A stretch of DNA of 63,994 nt, counting the filler, from Dirinaria sp. TL-2023a (Eukaryota), in assembly GCA_051941275.1 (NCBI GenBank). It is 4 parts of 4 records of this genome, joined end to end, with 100 filler letters (N's around TTAATTAATTAA, not from the genome) between each part and the next. Parts side by side here need not be neighbours in the genome. Positions count along the whole stretch, not along the records: positions 32,323 to 48,365 come from JAVEBF010000512.1; 3 more parts are not named here. One strand, given 5' to 3'. This document shows, piece by piece, positions 34,837 to 48,465 of this stretch; positions within the stretch are counted from its first letter, which is position 1; every line of letters starts with the position of its first letter. A program made the translations under genes and the position numbers. The notes under the pieces are model-generated. The model saw only the letters and a list, made by a program, of their open reading frames with translations, made no database searches and was not told where the DNA came from.

Positions 34837-37800
34837 GGAGGAACCGTCAGTGGCGAAGAATGGGTCTAGCAGTCTGATGTACTCTTGTGTTGAGTCATAT
34901 GGTGCTGCACGCTCCGTTCTTAATATATCGTATCCAAGGTCAAGCAATTATGAGGAGCAGAAACAGGGAATGAAAAATGTGAATTTGTGTGTGTGTGATT
35001 GTGTGACCGGCGGGCTGAGACGATCTAGAAACGACCTGGAACTCGCGCATCATTCGGGTTGACCTTAATGCGCTTGTGGCAATTCTTACCTCAGCCTAGT
35101 GAGCCGATTAAGCCTAAAGGACCTCCCTCTACCTTACCTTACCTTATCCTCTCTGAGGCAATGTGCTTTAGTCATTCCCGTCATTCACTGCCAAGCTTCT
35201 ATGCCCACAGCAAAGTTGGGTTTTATCTAGTAACATATTTTGTTGATCTCGGAGAGCTTACTATAATGCAGTAATTGACATCTGCTGGAGGTTTGAATGG
35301 CCCCGTGCTTCTCATCTGCTTTTCCTTAACACGCGGTAACCTTGACATTGTGGTCTACTCTATCTCAGAGACTTGAAGCGAAACAACCAAATATCTCAAG
35401 TTCTTTCGTCAGATGATTCTGCTAGCAAGAGATTCCTATCCGGTTGTTGCTCGAATGCTTTTCCTGCGGACACTACTTGATTATGAAATTGGATATGTGA
35501 CCTGACGACCTGATGGCCTGATGACTTGTTGTGGTCGAATCGCCATCCTGGAGACGCTACTTGATCGAAAAATTTGGGTATGTGACAAGACGACCTGTAG
35601 GCCTTTGCATAGATCGGTAGGATCCCATCCGTGCGACGTTTTGTCTCAATTCAAAAATCAGGAGTAGCATGCTCCATGTGGAAATTGAAAAATAGAAATT
35701 GAGCTGACATAGACATCAAGACACAGAGTGTGGGATTTCAGGAACACGAGAACCGTATTGCGGAAAATCGTCGTGCCGTCATTTCGTGTCTGACTCGGAG
35801 ATAGAGCGATAGAGATCAGGGCAGGTCCAATTGCTGCAGAAGTAGAAGGCCATGGAGATGTAGCCGAATCAGCGTCAGCTGCTTGGAGCATGGGAAATCA
35901 AAATGCATCTGAGGAACGAAAGCAAGCATCGATGCAACCCGAAAAGTTTGTTTGGTCTTGTATGAAAATGTATGCAGAAGGCTACATTCTCGACATTGAG
36001 CAGCACTTATGTTGGAATTTACTTGGGCTGTGATTCAGAGGACGTGATCGGGACACCTTGTAAGAAATTTTCGTACAGGCAGAACTGATAATTATTGTCC
36101 AAGTATCAATCAATTAACGAGAACTAGCCTTACCAAAGTCTGCAAAACTTTTCTTCAGATGAGATGTGTGACAAACTAATCAGGTCAAGGGTACACGCAA
36201 ACACTGTTACACAGGGCAAATTCAGACACAGCTTGCTTCATTTCTTTCATGGGACTTTGGTAGAGTTTGTACATGTGGCAGGTCGTCTAAGGTAAGGAAG
36301 ATTTTCGAAGCCAGCTCATAATGACTGCACGAAGCAAGATGTACTTGACGGCATATGGAGCAACAACACAATGAGAGACCAGGGAGGAATGCGCCAAACA
36401 AATCACAATCGAACAAGCATTTGAGGGCGCACAAACGGCGTGGCCGATTATGTGGACGGCAAGAGCCTACCTCCAGCCGCCTCCAGCCTGCATGATAATT
36501 CGGTCACGGGACCAGGGCTGCCACGTCCTATTGGCTGCCACACAGAAGACGCTCGTATACAAGCATTTCCGGGGAAATGGCTGCGAGCCACAACCATCGA
36601 TACCCAAATGGTGATAACTGTTGGCCAACACTCTCGATCCTCGGTCCAATCAGTCGGTGGCAGCATCATCGCTCAGCAGCTAAGTGGTCAGGAGGATGAT
36701 TTGTGCAGCAGCAAAAGTCAGACTGACGCTGCAACAGACCGCAGCCATCACGGCTTGATGACCTGTCAAGCTGCAGTGCGGTTTGCAGTGGGTGTGGTGG
36801 CGACCAAATAATCCATGCAGCGATGAAATTGTCCGCCGAGTCTGATTTGCTGACGCGTGCCTTTCCGAATAGGTCGATAGATCCTGCGAGCAGGGCCATG
36901 CAGCTAGCTCTTTCGGGCCCTCTCAATGGGGCACAGGGTTAGCGAGGGCAATATTCGACCTCGAGATCGCAGAATTTCTTGGAACAACCTCCCGCTACCT
37001 ACGTGCCGTGATTCGTATCTTCGAGAGAGAGAGAGAAGCTTAAATCAATCGGTATGCAGCATCGACCGGGACACTGCATGCAAGAGCTGATCGAAAACTG
37101 GGAGCGGTGTAGCACTGCATTATTTTGCAGCACTTGACTTTCTGCCAAGCGCACACAGATTTTTGGCTTTTGATGTGTTTGACATTGGATCAGGTCGATG
37201 GCCGGCGATGGATGGGGTGTCAGCATGTGCTCGCGATGGTAAAATGAGGTACCGCCTGTACTTTCCGCAGTGATCTCTGCGCTGTAGAACCTTAGTAAAA
37301 TTATTACTACTCTGGCAGGAATAATTGAGGATTATTGGGTGGAGGGGTGGAGGAACAGGAGCGGGAGACTCGGTATGCAGCCGAGTGCCAAGCGAATCCT
37401 TCGGCAATCTAGTGTAGTGGTTCTGACTTGTGTAGGGGAAGTTCGGTAAAGTGGTGGTGGCAGTAATAAGGTAGCGAGGGTAGTTCTTCGGTTCGTCCCA
37501 GTATCAACTCGTCCTCCGCCTAAGAAAAAGCTTAAAGCATTGACCAAATGAGGGGACGGCAATGGCAGCCATGGCTGGACGCAAGCCCGAATGCACGACC
37601 ACCGCACCACATGAACCCCTTTCCGCTAAAATCCTCGCCCTCGTCGATGATTTGAATTAGGAAATCCAGCGATGTAGGAGAAATCGTCGCTCGATACGCG
37701 ATTCCAACGTCCCTAGTCTGACTCCACCGAGTCTTACAGTGCAAGATTATCCAGCAGCTGTATCGGATGCGCGATGCGCTTAATCGCAGAAACAGATCAC

Positions 37801-38194
37801 CCCGCTTCCAACAACAACAACTGCGGGTAATTCGACCCTGCCCTATGCCGGACGGCAATACCTACTATCCCCTTGCCTCGACACACCTACGAAGCCTCAA
37901 TGTAATGTCGGAAGAAATAGGTGATCGTGCTGGCTAACGATTCCCCCTGGACAATTCCTCCGGAGTCGTGACAAGGGTATGATGGAGTATGGCTACTCCA
38001 TGCATGGCCACACACGAAGCATGTCCTGTATGTTGCATATTCGTCAGCGCGAAGAGAATCTGCGCCGACCATACATGTGGAAAAAAAAAATCGAAGATTT
38101 CCCTACGAATTTGTAGTGATGGTGCTGACTCTCTCAAGCTCTGGCGTCCACCATACGGCCGGTCCTTTCTAGCGATCCTTCTCCTGCCTCCCCT

Positions 38195-41100
38195 ATGACT
38201 ATCTTGTCGGACCTAAATTCTGTGGACGATACTCCTATCGAATTGACTATACCGTTGCCGCTTTCTGCACCCTGCTCAGAGAAGGACTATGGAGAAGAGC
38301 CGCCCGCATTGGAGGCTTTCCAAAGCCAACCTCAATTGCACAATACAACGGGACTTGTTTCGGAGGATGGCCTTCTTGAGGGAGATAGCAACGGCGTTGG
38401 GCCGGAAGAGCCGCCCACTACCGGCCCACAGATGGCTACTCTTGACGAATTTGCTTTTCTGGGAGCGCTGGAAAGGGATTATGCCTTCAGAGTCAACCTA
38501 CTTCGGGAGAGGCTGGAACACCTTCAATATGTGTTCGGAATGGGACGGAGACTCGCCCGGGTGTGCTCCCAAGAGTACCGCTCCATGGCTGCCAGCTTTG
38601 AAACAGATGATCAAGCGCGATTCTTGGAGACTTATGAAGCAAGTCAGCGACTATCAGGTAGAATAAGAGCTCTTGGTCGCCCGGACCACCTAGGCGTTTT
38701 GGACCCAGATCCACAAAAGAGCATCGATCCAGCTAGTGAGCCATCCAATTGGCTTGAAGCCCTCCCAATGGTCCACCAGAAGAATGTCCTTCATTTTTTG
38801 ACGGGCATGAGGAGCAAGACCGACTACTTGGCTAGCCACCTATCGAAATTGTCATCCACAGCATTGATTGCACTAACGGCTCCTTATCAGTCAAACCTGG
38901 TCTACGACTCCGTTCTCCCGGGCTCCTATCCTCCCAAAAGCCAAGGGCATGGAAAACCCCTCGCTAGAGACTATTCACCTTCCCAATCAATGAGCCCAAC
39001 GGACCTTGGTCAAAGTGATCCAATCTTCCTCTTGCTGTATGGGATCTTCGATGACTCGTTTGGTCCAGGATCCACCGAGTCTCGCCGTCGAACTGAAGTA
39101 TGGGCTACTGCCTGCGCTAGGGTAATGGCAAGTGGTCAACGTGGGAGTGACGAGTTTGTTACCACTGCGTTGACTGCATTCGCTAACCTTGAGATGCGGC
39201 CGTTGAAGCTGAAGCTGGAATCCTATCTTGCCAAAGTCCTGAAAGACGGGTCCTTCCTTCTGAGTCAGTCTGCTAAACCAGCAGATTTCCAGGAGCCGAT
39301 AGAATCCCGGAATGCTAAGGCCGCCGTCGCCGCCTCCAGCTTCTTCGAGAGTGCTATTACGGAGCTTCTACAGTTTCTTGCTGAGGATCCTCTGTCGGTC
39401 GTAAATGCGAGTTTGAGGGACCTAGTGCGCTCCATCCTTGGGAAGCTTGACAAACCTAAACTTCGAGACCGCGCCGAGATTTTCATCCTCTCCAAGTGGT
39501 TCTTCGGCACTTATATTACCGACATCTTGACTCGTCCAGAGGTAGGTTTGCCCTATACTCAACTCCGCTACGACTTCTAACGTACATTCTTCAGAGCTAC
39601 GGCGTGCTGATGGCCCATCATATCGGTGACGCTGCTAGAAGGGTTATCTTGAAAGACTTAGCCTATAGGCTGCAGAGACAGGTCTTTGATTTAACTTCAC
39701 CTTGGTAATCTCTACTACAAATTCCAGCTCGAATGCGTCCTGACACATCCGCAACAGGAAATCTTCGCTGATCTCTGGTGACAACGAGGCTCTGATACAA
39801 AGGATTTTCGAAGTGTTCAGACCCTCGGCCTCCACAGCATTCCTTGTCCCAGAAGCAATCCGTAGTAAGACCGATGAAACCTACGAGCACATAGGACTTC
39901 TAACATTGAGTCTACGGGATGTAATGGTCCTTATCCGAACTATCCACCCAGCATCCGCGACTTCTCCGGCAACGGATGCAAATATCGACAGTGGTAATAT
40001 CTCTTCGACCTCATCAATTGCTGACGCTTCCACGCTCACATCCGGATCTACTGGATGCGGTAGCAGAGTGCCATCATCCACAGCACCTAGCCTCAGTGGG
40101 ACTTCTATGACAAGCAACACAATACTAAGTGAAGATCCTATTCGAGATATGGGTACAGTTGATCAGGAAAACGTGGAGTGTAGGGAGAGCAGCATGATTG
40201 AGGGAATCCATCCCAGCACAAGAGAAGATGACCGAGATCATGTGAGCTCTTTGCATGAGACGTTGAAAGTAATCGAATGCATGATAGAGGATGAGCCAAA
40301 TCCAGATCTTGTCTCTTCGTCATCCAATTGGGCTCGGGTCAGGATTTCCAAAGATGGCAGGACCTTATCGACCAATTTTGCTGTAGATGATGCTGAGCTT
40401 CAGGAATCTCGTTCGGACGCCGAGCCTGCAGAGAGCCCTTCTACTACTGATCAGGATCTGGTGGATATGTACGAAGCTGTCTCCGAAGCCACAGAGGATC
40501 AGGACCGACTTCTAAACCTTCAGCACCGCCTTCAAGGGTCAGGTAATGAGCAGCACCCAGCAGATCTTTGTTATCGCACCTTACTCCTTCTATTCGAGGA
40601 TGCACAATATACTTGTCATTCTAATTTCGATTTCCAGCAGGCTCATTTCTGGTGGAGAGCTCAGCAAAGTCTTGGGGATCTGTGGGCTAGAGATCAGTCT
40701 GAAGAGGCCTTCGACAAAGTTCTCCAAAGATTTGTCAACAAAAAGCGAGACACCATCGATGGATACGCCAAGTCAATAAGAAATTACAAAATTCAGGCTC
40801 TCTCCATTGAAAGATCAGCAGCACTGCACAAGGACATTTTATCCACATTGGAAGAAGAGCGGCAAGCGCTAAGACTGAAGATGTGGTATGTTACCGACGT
40901 CAAGAATTCAGCACTCTATGCAGATGCTTTAAATGTTACCCGTGCGCTTCGATCGATGACCGATGTTGGACGCTCAAGGCAGGCTGCCAGTATCACTTCC
41001 TGGGCACGACAACGATTACGACCAACTTCGAGCACTGACAAAGCAGCAGCCCAGACCTTGGAAACATTAACGGCATCGAGGGATTACGGGGGTCCTACGA

Positions 41101-43019
41101 GATTAGCTGATCAGCAGGCTGAGCTCACGACACGGTGGTTGACAAAGAATAGTGTTGAGAACTTCTGCAAAGGCGAAGAGAGAATCCACCGGTTTTGTTA
41201 CGAAGTACAAAAATGTGCCAATAAGTTGGCTGGGTCAAGCATACAAGAGAGCCCGGTGTTATGGGCCAGCAATCTCTTCCGGCGGGAGAAAGCCATTTTT
41301 GACAAGCATCGCAACACCGCCTCTTTGGGACCTCTTGGACCGTTTGGAGACAGACATGGCTATCACGAATCTTGGAGGGGGCGCACAGTGCAAGCGCCTC
41401 CATCACCAGTTTCACCAACCGGTGCGATTGGACCATTCAAGGACCTGAGCCCATCCAAATCAAGGCCGTTCAATGACTTTTGGAAAGGCCCCAAGGCAAG
41501 TTCAGGGTCCCATGAACACGGGCTTGGACCACCCATGTCTGCCTCGAATAATCCAACATCGTGGTTCGCAGTTGACAATCGTACGTCTTTTACAACAAAT
41601 CCTGTTGTGACTGCTGCGCAGAACTCCAGAAGCGTCTCGTTCTCCAAAAGTCCCGATACCGCTAAAGTCAGTGATACTCGAACCTCATTTGCTTGTAAAG
41701 CCAAGCAAACCGTGATTTCTCTACTGCTGAGCGATCTGGGTTATTTAATTTGGAACGATGGTAGTGAGACTGATCTTTGGATAAACAAAGCTCAATTCAA
41801 CCATGCTGTTGATAGCCCTGCCTCTCCCCGCAACGTGCAGCTACAACTCGGGAATGCGGCTACGGACACAAGCCCTAACTTAACACCGGGTGATGCTTTG
41901 AGTGATTCTACTGTCACTGTCCAGCGGTACCATGAAGGAGAGCATAGACCGGTAGAGGCTCCCATCAAGCTCAAAGAAGACCTTCCGAAGCCATCTCCAG
42001 TTCAGACTCCTCACTCATCCGACGACGGACGGCCTTTCAAGTTTTCGAATGCTTTTTCCAGCATTCTAGAACGGATGTCTACTTCTTCGGACCCACACAA
42101 GAAACTCGACTTGCTCTCGGAACTCGAAATGCTCGTTTTCACGTCTTTACAAGATCGGCAGAGAGCTAGGAAGTCCGCCAAGATCACTGCACAAACAAGT
42201 CAAACAGACGTGCAAGAGGCCTCCCCGAAGGCCAACAATGTTGGCGCTGGTGGTATCAGTATCCCGCGAACGAAGGCTACAAGCTTGGAGGAGGTCATAG
42301 CGAACTGCACAGAGCGGCGTGCAGCTACATTGACGTTCACCACAGCAAAATCCTCAGCCCGTCACCTGCGACTCTTGAGTTCAGCCTTCCCTTCTGTCGA
42401 GGAGCAACCCATCGGCACCGATGAGATCGTCTCGGCTCTTCTGGACATCTTCCGTGATGACTCGCTCCGGCCTCCTACCCTATACCGCGATCTCCAACTC
42501 ATAGCAGCACACATTCCTTCCTCCATCCTCGACCAAACGGCGAAAGGCAAAGCCTTTTGGGACGCCGGTCTCGCCGCCCTCGCTTTGAAAGAGGAACGCA
42601 TCTCGGCCATCATCACGCGTGCCACGCGCATCACCACGTACCACATCTCCGCGTCCAAGGAGACGGATAGCAGCACCTTCGCTTCGTCTTACTCCGCCGA
42701 TCTCGTCGACACCACCCTCTCGCACGCTGCGCAACTGTGGACGATTGCGGCCAAAGAGGGTTCTCCCGTGGCGGCGAGAGAGCTGGCACTGTTCTACCTC
42801 ACGCATCCGGAGCTGGTGGCGCGGGTGACGATGCCGTTGAGTCGAGTCAAGGACGTGTTCAAGACGGTGACTTCGCAGGAGCGAGGCGTCGACACAGGAG
42901 GGCTGAACCCGCTCACGTTCGCCGTGGTATTCCACTGGATGGAGGTGGCCGCCAACGGTGGTGACAAAGACGCCCGCGATTTCCTCCGAGGCACGGGGGA
43001 TCTGAGTGGTGCTCGTTGA
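38195..43019 (+). CDS. Large uncharacterised protein (about 1570 aa) with degenerate VPS9-like and Sel1-like C-terminal regions; introns 39542-39594 and 39705-39757
   Basis: 461-aa and 1068-aa ORFs join in frame through two GT-AG introns; conserved-looking blocks LRLKMWYVTDVKNS, ENFCKGEERIHRFCYEV, LYRDLQLIAAHIP...GKAFWDAGLAAL; the start may lie further upstream. Confidence 0.85.
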
Positions 43020-43988
43020 CGGGATTCACCAGTCCCGTATTCTTGCAAGCCAATTGTGGCGTTATTCACTGTTCATATGCCAGCGGTATCTCGATCCTGT
43101 TACCCTTTTCAATCTCTCTTCGTCCCCTGGGCAGCAGTTCTGCCCTCTTTGAATTCATGTACATACTTGTTCCGGACACCGCAAGCGGATGCCGAATGAT
43201 GAGGTGGCTCTCTCGCGGACCACGCATTGGGGTATATAGGTTTGAGGCAATTGAGAGGAAATTAGGCTGATGTCATCCACCGCTCCCTTCAGTTCTCGTA
43301 GGAAGAAGAATGGGATATTGAAGGCGAGTGCCGAGGGTGCGGATGCTCGTTCCGTGACTGCCTCGACTACCTTGCTCACCTGACCGCGTAACACCTCGGC
43401 TCGCTGAAGGTAGTCCCAAAGTCGACCAAGATAGCCGAACAAGGTAAGAGCCGCTTGTTAGCGTGCGATCTTGCCGCATCGTTTTTCCCCCGAGCCCCTT
43501 TCGCTCCCCAAATTCGGTTAGAGCTCCCAATATTTCATCCGGAGCAATAGCGTAATCTCTTTTCCTCTTTTCCTCTTTCCCCTTCTCTAATCTCTATACT
43601 AATCACATGGATTTATGATTGGTCTGTCGAGAACAACCACATTATTACCACACCCAACTGAGCATCGGCCATACTCGAATGAGCCAAGGTAATTCGTGCC
43701 GTGCTTGAACCAGGCTTGTCGCGTGCTTCCTACTGCACCCCACAGTGCCAAGTACGGCTACTCCCATATTGCGCCTCTTCATGACTCTCCGAATAGTTCT
43801 CTTAGTTCTCCTGACCTCCGTAAATCAAAATTAATCATCGATCGGTCGATCGAGAACAATCGCTGTCATGGCATATAAAGACTCGCCAAGATGGCCGTCT
43901 GTGAACAGCATTCGGTCGCAGCAACTGTTCCATCCCAACTTCTTTTCCGCGTTTTCGGTCTTCTCTCGGACCGCCACTGTCACTTACG

Positions 43989-46205
43989 ATGTCTTCGCTC
44001 CTTTCGAAATCTGCCATCACTTCGATAGCAGTATCGTTCTTTGTCACTCTTTCCTCAGCCCGTGTAATTGAGAGAACGACTTTCACTGAGCCACCATGCA
44101 CCGTACCCTTCACACCCTTTCTGTACGTCGGTTGCTACACTGATCCGTCCGTCCCCCGCGCCTTGCCATTCGAACCAGCAGGCTACGATACCCAGCACTC
44201 GACGGTCGAGAAATGTGTTGCCGAGTGCAAAGGTAACGGCTACCGTTATGCTGGACTGGAGTACTACGGCCAGTGCTTCTGCGGAGATTCCATCGCCGGA
44301 GTTGAGACGACCCCAGATCAATGCACCTACCCCTGCTCCGGCGTGAGAGATCCTCTTTTACTCTTCTGGGTTTTGTCACGAAGGCTAACTTTCCCCAAGA
44401 ACAAAACGGAAACCTGTGGAGGTTTCGACCTTCTCTCCGTCTACATGGACCCAACGTTCCCTGCAACTGACGCCAATGATATATCTGACTACACACCCCA
44501 AGGCTGCTACACCGAAAGTGGCAACGGCCGCGCTTTGGTTTACAGACAAAATCAGCTGAGCACAACTAACATGACCACTGAAACTTGCTTGGCAGCCTGC
44601 AAGAGCCAGAATTACCCGCTGGCTGGGACTGAATACGCTTCCGAGTAAGTGTTTAGCTCCCCATACCGTCCATCCCACCAAAAGCAACTCAACGTGTAGT
44701 CATGAGTTGCCGATCGTGTCGTATTGTGACATTCTAGCAACAAAACTATCACTTCGTTTCCAAAGCAGCAATTCCATTTGTCGTCTCTTACTGTCCATTC
44801 CCCGCTACTCTACTAACAACACTCTAGATGCTATTGTGGCGTCGTTCTCGGTAATGGAACAGCCTCAGCACCGGATACGGACTGCAACATGCCATGCAAA
44901 GGAAATCCCGGCGAAATTTGTGGAGGGCGATCACGTCTCAACCTCTACGTCGCCAATGATCTGATGTCTTCTGAACCATGCGGGCCTTTCGTTCTGCCTC
45001 CGCCGATTCAGCCAAAGACAACTAGCCCTCCGAAACCACAGACCACACCAGCCAAGCCACAAACCACCTCTCCCAAAGCACAAACTACACCAGTGAAACC
45101 GAAAACATCCAGCTCTCCGAAACCACAGACTTCACTCGCGAAGCCCCAAACCACGTCGCCGAAACCGCAGACCACACCGGCAAAGCCGAAGACGACTAAT
45201 TCTCCGAAACCACAGACTACGCCAGCGAAACCACAAACCACGCCGGCGAAGCCACAAACTACACCAGTAAAGCCGAAGACAACGACTCCAGTCAAACCCA
45301 AATCGACTACGCCAGTAAAGCCAAAGACAAGCACTCCAGTTAAACCGCATTCAACCACACCAGTAAAGCCAAAGACAACCACCCCGGTTAAACCGAAAAC
45401 GTCCACCACGTTAACGACGAGCACCACCAAATGCACCAGCACCAGCGTAGCCCCAGCACCCACTTGCGAATACAGCTGCGGCAACTGGTGCTCCAAGCCC
45501 CTTCCCTCCTTCCTCGACCGTCCCACTTGTGAGACCGCCGTAGCAGAATGCTTGCTCCAAATCTTTGATTGCTTTATGACCGCCGGCTATCCGGCCTCGC
45601 TCCAGTGTACCAAATATCAATCTTGGTGCTCCAGCATCTCTACCTACTGTTCGAACGTATGCACCGGGAAGAGCTGTTCCAAGAACGATTGCCTAAAGAG
45701 CAGTCCACCAGTTGCGCCTGTAACCACAACTACTCGAGGTATTTGCACCACTACTACAACTTCCAAAACAACCACCACCAGCACTCAAGCCCCGGTACCG
45801 ACGGTGAGCAGCATCTGCAGCCTCCCTAACGGAGATTCGAACTCCGGCTACTCCAACGGCGCATGCGTGGGTGGCATCAAGCCGCCGGCGCTCACGTGCA
45901 ACAACCTGCAATCCACCTTCTCCCAGTACCCGTTCAAGCTGTATACGGACAAAGACAGCAGCAAGTGCGGCGGCTATTCCAGGAACACTGTGCCCCAAGG
46001 TTGCAAAGACGCCTGCCAAGCGCAGTACAACAGCTGCCTTGGCACCTACGCAACGTCATGCAAAGGGCAGCAGCAGAGGGGATCCCTGGATTCGTACGAT
46101 AGCGCGAGCACCAAGTGCAAGAACCAGTACCAGGACTGCTTGAAGATCAACAGCAACACTGGGGGTGGGAACCGATGCAAGCAGTTTGGCGTTGGGTGGA
46201 GCTGA
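43989..46205 (+). CDS. Secreted WSC-domain protein: signal peptide, two WSC domains, Thr/Pro/Lys repeats, Cys-rich C-terminal domains; introns 44343-44399 and 44645-44827
   Basis: YVGCYTD...TVEKCVAECKGNGYRYAGLEYYGQCFCG; QGCYTE...MTTETCLAAC...LAGTEYASECYCG...CNMPCKGNPGEICGG. Confidence 0.92.
45010..45410 (+). repeat. Coding tandem repeats of 7-8 aa (KPQTTPA / KPKTTTPV)
   Basis: About 17 degenerate 21-24-nt units inside the WSC gene. Confidence 0.9.
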
Positions 46206-47194
46206 GAGAATCGCGGAGGATGTTAGTTAATTGGGAATGAATGGGAGACGCGCCACTTTACAGGTCTTGGGTAATATGTACGAGTGTGTATGCATGGGAT
46301 CGGATTGGAGTGAGATTGCATGTTGTCATGTATTGATCTAGTAGATAGAGTGTAATTACTAATGACGTTGATGTCCGACTATAGTGTTCGGTACTCTCCA
46401 TACCATCAAAATGCCATCAGAGAGATGTCGGACAGAATAATACTCAACATGTGAGAGAAATGAAGAAATCACTCCAGAAGGGGGAAATATAATGAGTGAG
46501 CATGGATAGCGTTGATGGCGGTGTTTATATCACTGGCAAGATTGGCTCTGATGGTGCCACGCTATCCTTGGTTCAGAGTTTGGCTGATGCATCGAGTCTG
46601 CATCGTCGAATTGGGTTATGGAATTTGACTGGAGTCGGTCTGGGTTCAATCGGATAGAGAGAGCATGACGGTGTGAACATAAACAGTGCTGTACCTTAGC
46701 TTCGAGGAATATGAGAATCCGATGGGCTTAGAGCCTTAGGTTTCATCCGGGGGAAGAATTTCGGGTTTCGGCTCCACGCAACGGCTGCGCTGAAACTTCG
46801 GCGAATCCGAGATGGGAATGGTGGGGGGATGCCGTCATCTGGCCAGGGATGGGTCGGGTGTGGTGGGTGTGTGACGGTTGTCGTAGGGGCCGAGTCGTAC
46901 AGCTGACGCGACACTAGTACTACTACTAAGTAGTACTACTACTAAGGCACAGGCAGATTTCAGGTTCGACTCTCACATGCTAAAGAATGGAAGTGGAAGT
47001 GGAATGATATGATCACCTTCCCAAAAACTAAACCCCTTCCCTTTCCACACCCTGATCCATTTACTCGCATCTTTTCACTCGACTTATACAGCTTGTGTCT
47101 CTCAAAACAGTTTGCTATACTTCATCACAGAGCAGCAAGCCCGAAACATCTCCCTTTTCCCATTTACAATCGTGCATCCACCCACTGAGCCATC

Positions 47195-48170
47195 ATGACC
47201 CAAACATCCACCTCTTCCTCCCAGCCAACTGATATTCCCAAGCGCCCCAAAGGTCGTTCTTTCTCCCTCCTTCGTGCATAGCCTACACTGACACTGCGGC
47301 TAGGCATTCTCAAAACCCCGTCTCATACTTCTCCTCCTGGCCAGCAGCCACCGCCTTCTGGCCCTCCGCCATCTCAGACACTACCGTCTGCGTCGCAAAC
47401 ATCAGACCTCGATCTCACTCTGCAGAACACCCTCCAAAATGCTGGCGCACGGCGCAACAGCTCGAATCCCCGCTCGTCAGTCTCGCGGCGCCAGAGTACC
47501 AACCAACGCGCCCCCGTGGACGCCACTGATGAGCCAAGGCTCAAATGGGACGAGGCGAACCTCTACCTGACCGAGCAGGACAGAGGCGACAAGATGAAGA
47601 TTGATGAGCCGAAGACCCCGTACGCCAAGCATTACGAGCCTGAGGAAGACGAGGAGGAAATGCGCATGCTGGACGCCCAAGAACTGATGGTGGACGAGTT
47701 CGACAAGGTCAAAGCTGGAGAGAGTGCGCCGGGGGCCAGCCGACCGTCACGGTCCGCGAGAGAGGCCGAGATCCCGGGCCTAGATATCGGCGAACCGGAA
47801 GAGGCTGTGTATGATTCTCCGAGTGACGGTGGCAGGGTTTCCAGGAGTGGGAGCGTGAAGGGGGAGAAGACCGTGGTCGTGGATCCGGAAGCGGATGGCG
47901 AGGCGGTCAAGAAGGACCACGATGGCAATGTCCGTCACAAGGAGTTTGAGGAGATGAGGAAAAAGCACTACGAGATGAAGGACATCAAAGGTCTGCTAGG
48001 GTAAGTCATTCAATTTTCCTCCTTTGCCCCATGAAATTCGAAACCTCTATCTAATGAATACCGACCACAGACATCCAGAACAGATCGAGGACTTGATGGA
48101 AGAAGACGATGTCCCGCCAACCCTTCCACCGTTGCCGAAAAATCCGCGAGGTATCCCCAACGGATCCTGA
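47195..48170 (+). CDS. GLC8: Protein phosphatase 1 inhibitor-2 (Glc8/IPP-2); introns about 47253-47303 and 48001-48070
   Basis: PKGILK (SILK-type motif across the intron); LKWDEANLYLTE; MKIDEPKTPY; FEEMRKKHYEM. Confidence 0.92.
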
Positions 48171-48365
48171 ATCCCTCACAACAGACCGCTGGGGCCTTGT
48201 TACACAATGACGGATACCTGATCTCTCTTTCTGAACCCAATACCATGTAAGCAATTAAATGTCTAGCCCATCATTCAAGCCGGAAGGCAACGAAACCGTC
48301 CATCCAAAACCCGCTCTCCAAAAAAAAAAAAAAAAAAAAAACATGCTTGCTCCGCACCCCACTGC

Positions 48366-48465
48366 NNNNNNNNNNNNNNNNNNNNNNNNNNNNNNNNNNN
48401 NNNNNNNNNTTAATTAATTAANNNNNNNNNNNNNNNNNNNNNNNNNNNNNNNNNNNNNNNNNNNN
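48366..48465. other. Artificial contig linker
   Basis: N-TTAATTAATTAA-N. Confidence 0.97.

Noticed and set aside
35470..35597. Imperfect direct repeat of about 45 nt (CTACTTGAT...TATGTGAC..GACGACCTG)
   Set aside because: Two degenerate copies only; no TIR, LTR or array structure.
37562..37783. Short ATG ORF with protein-like continuation past a TAG (readthrough or uORF of the 38195 gene)
   Set aside because: No readthrough context, no motif, unknown TSS; indistinguishable from chance.
44645..44827. Unusually long 183-nt intron as a stwintron or snoRNA host
   Set aside because: No nested donor arrangement that rebuilds a splice site; no convincing C/D or H/ACA boxes.
46940..46985. GGTTCGACTC B-box suggesting a tRNA or Pol III gene
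   Set aside because: No cloverleaf, acceptor stem or properly spaced A-box.
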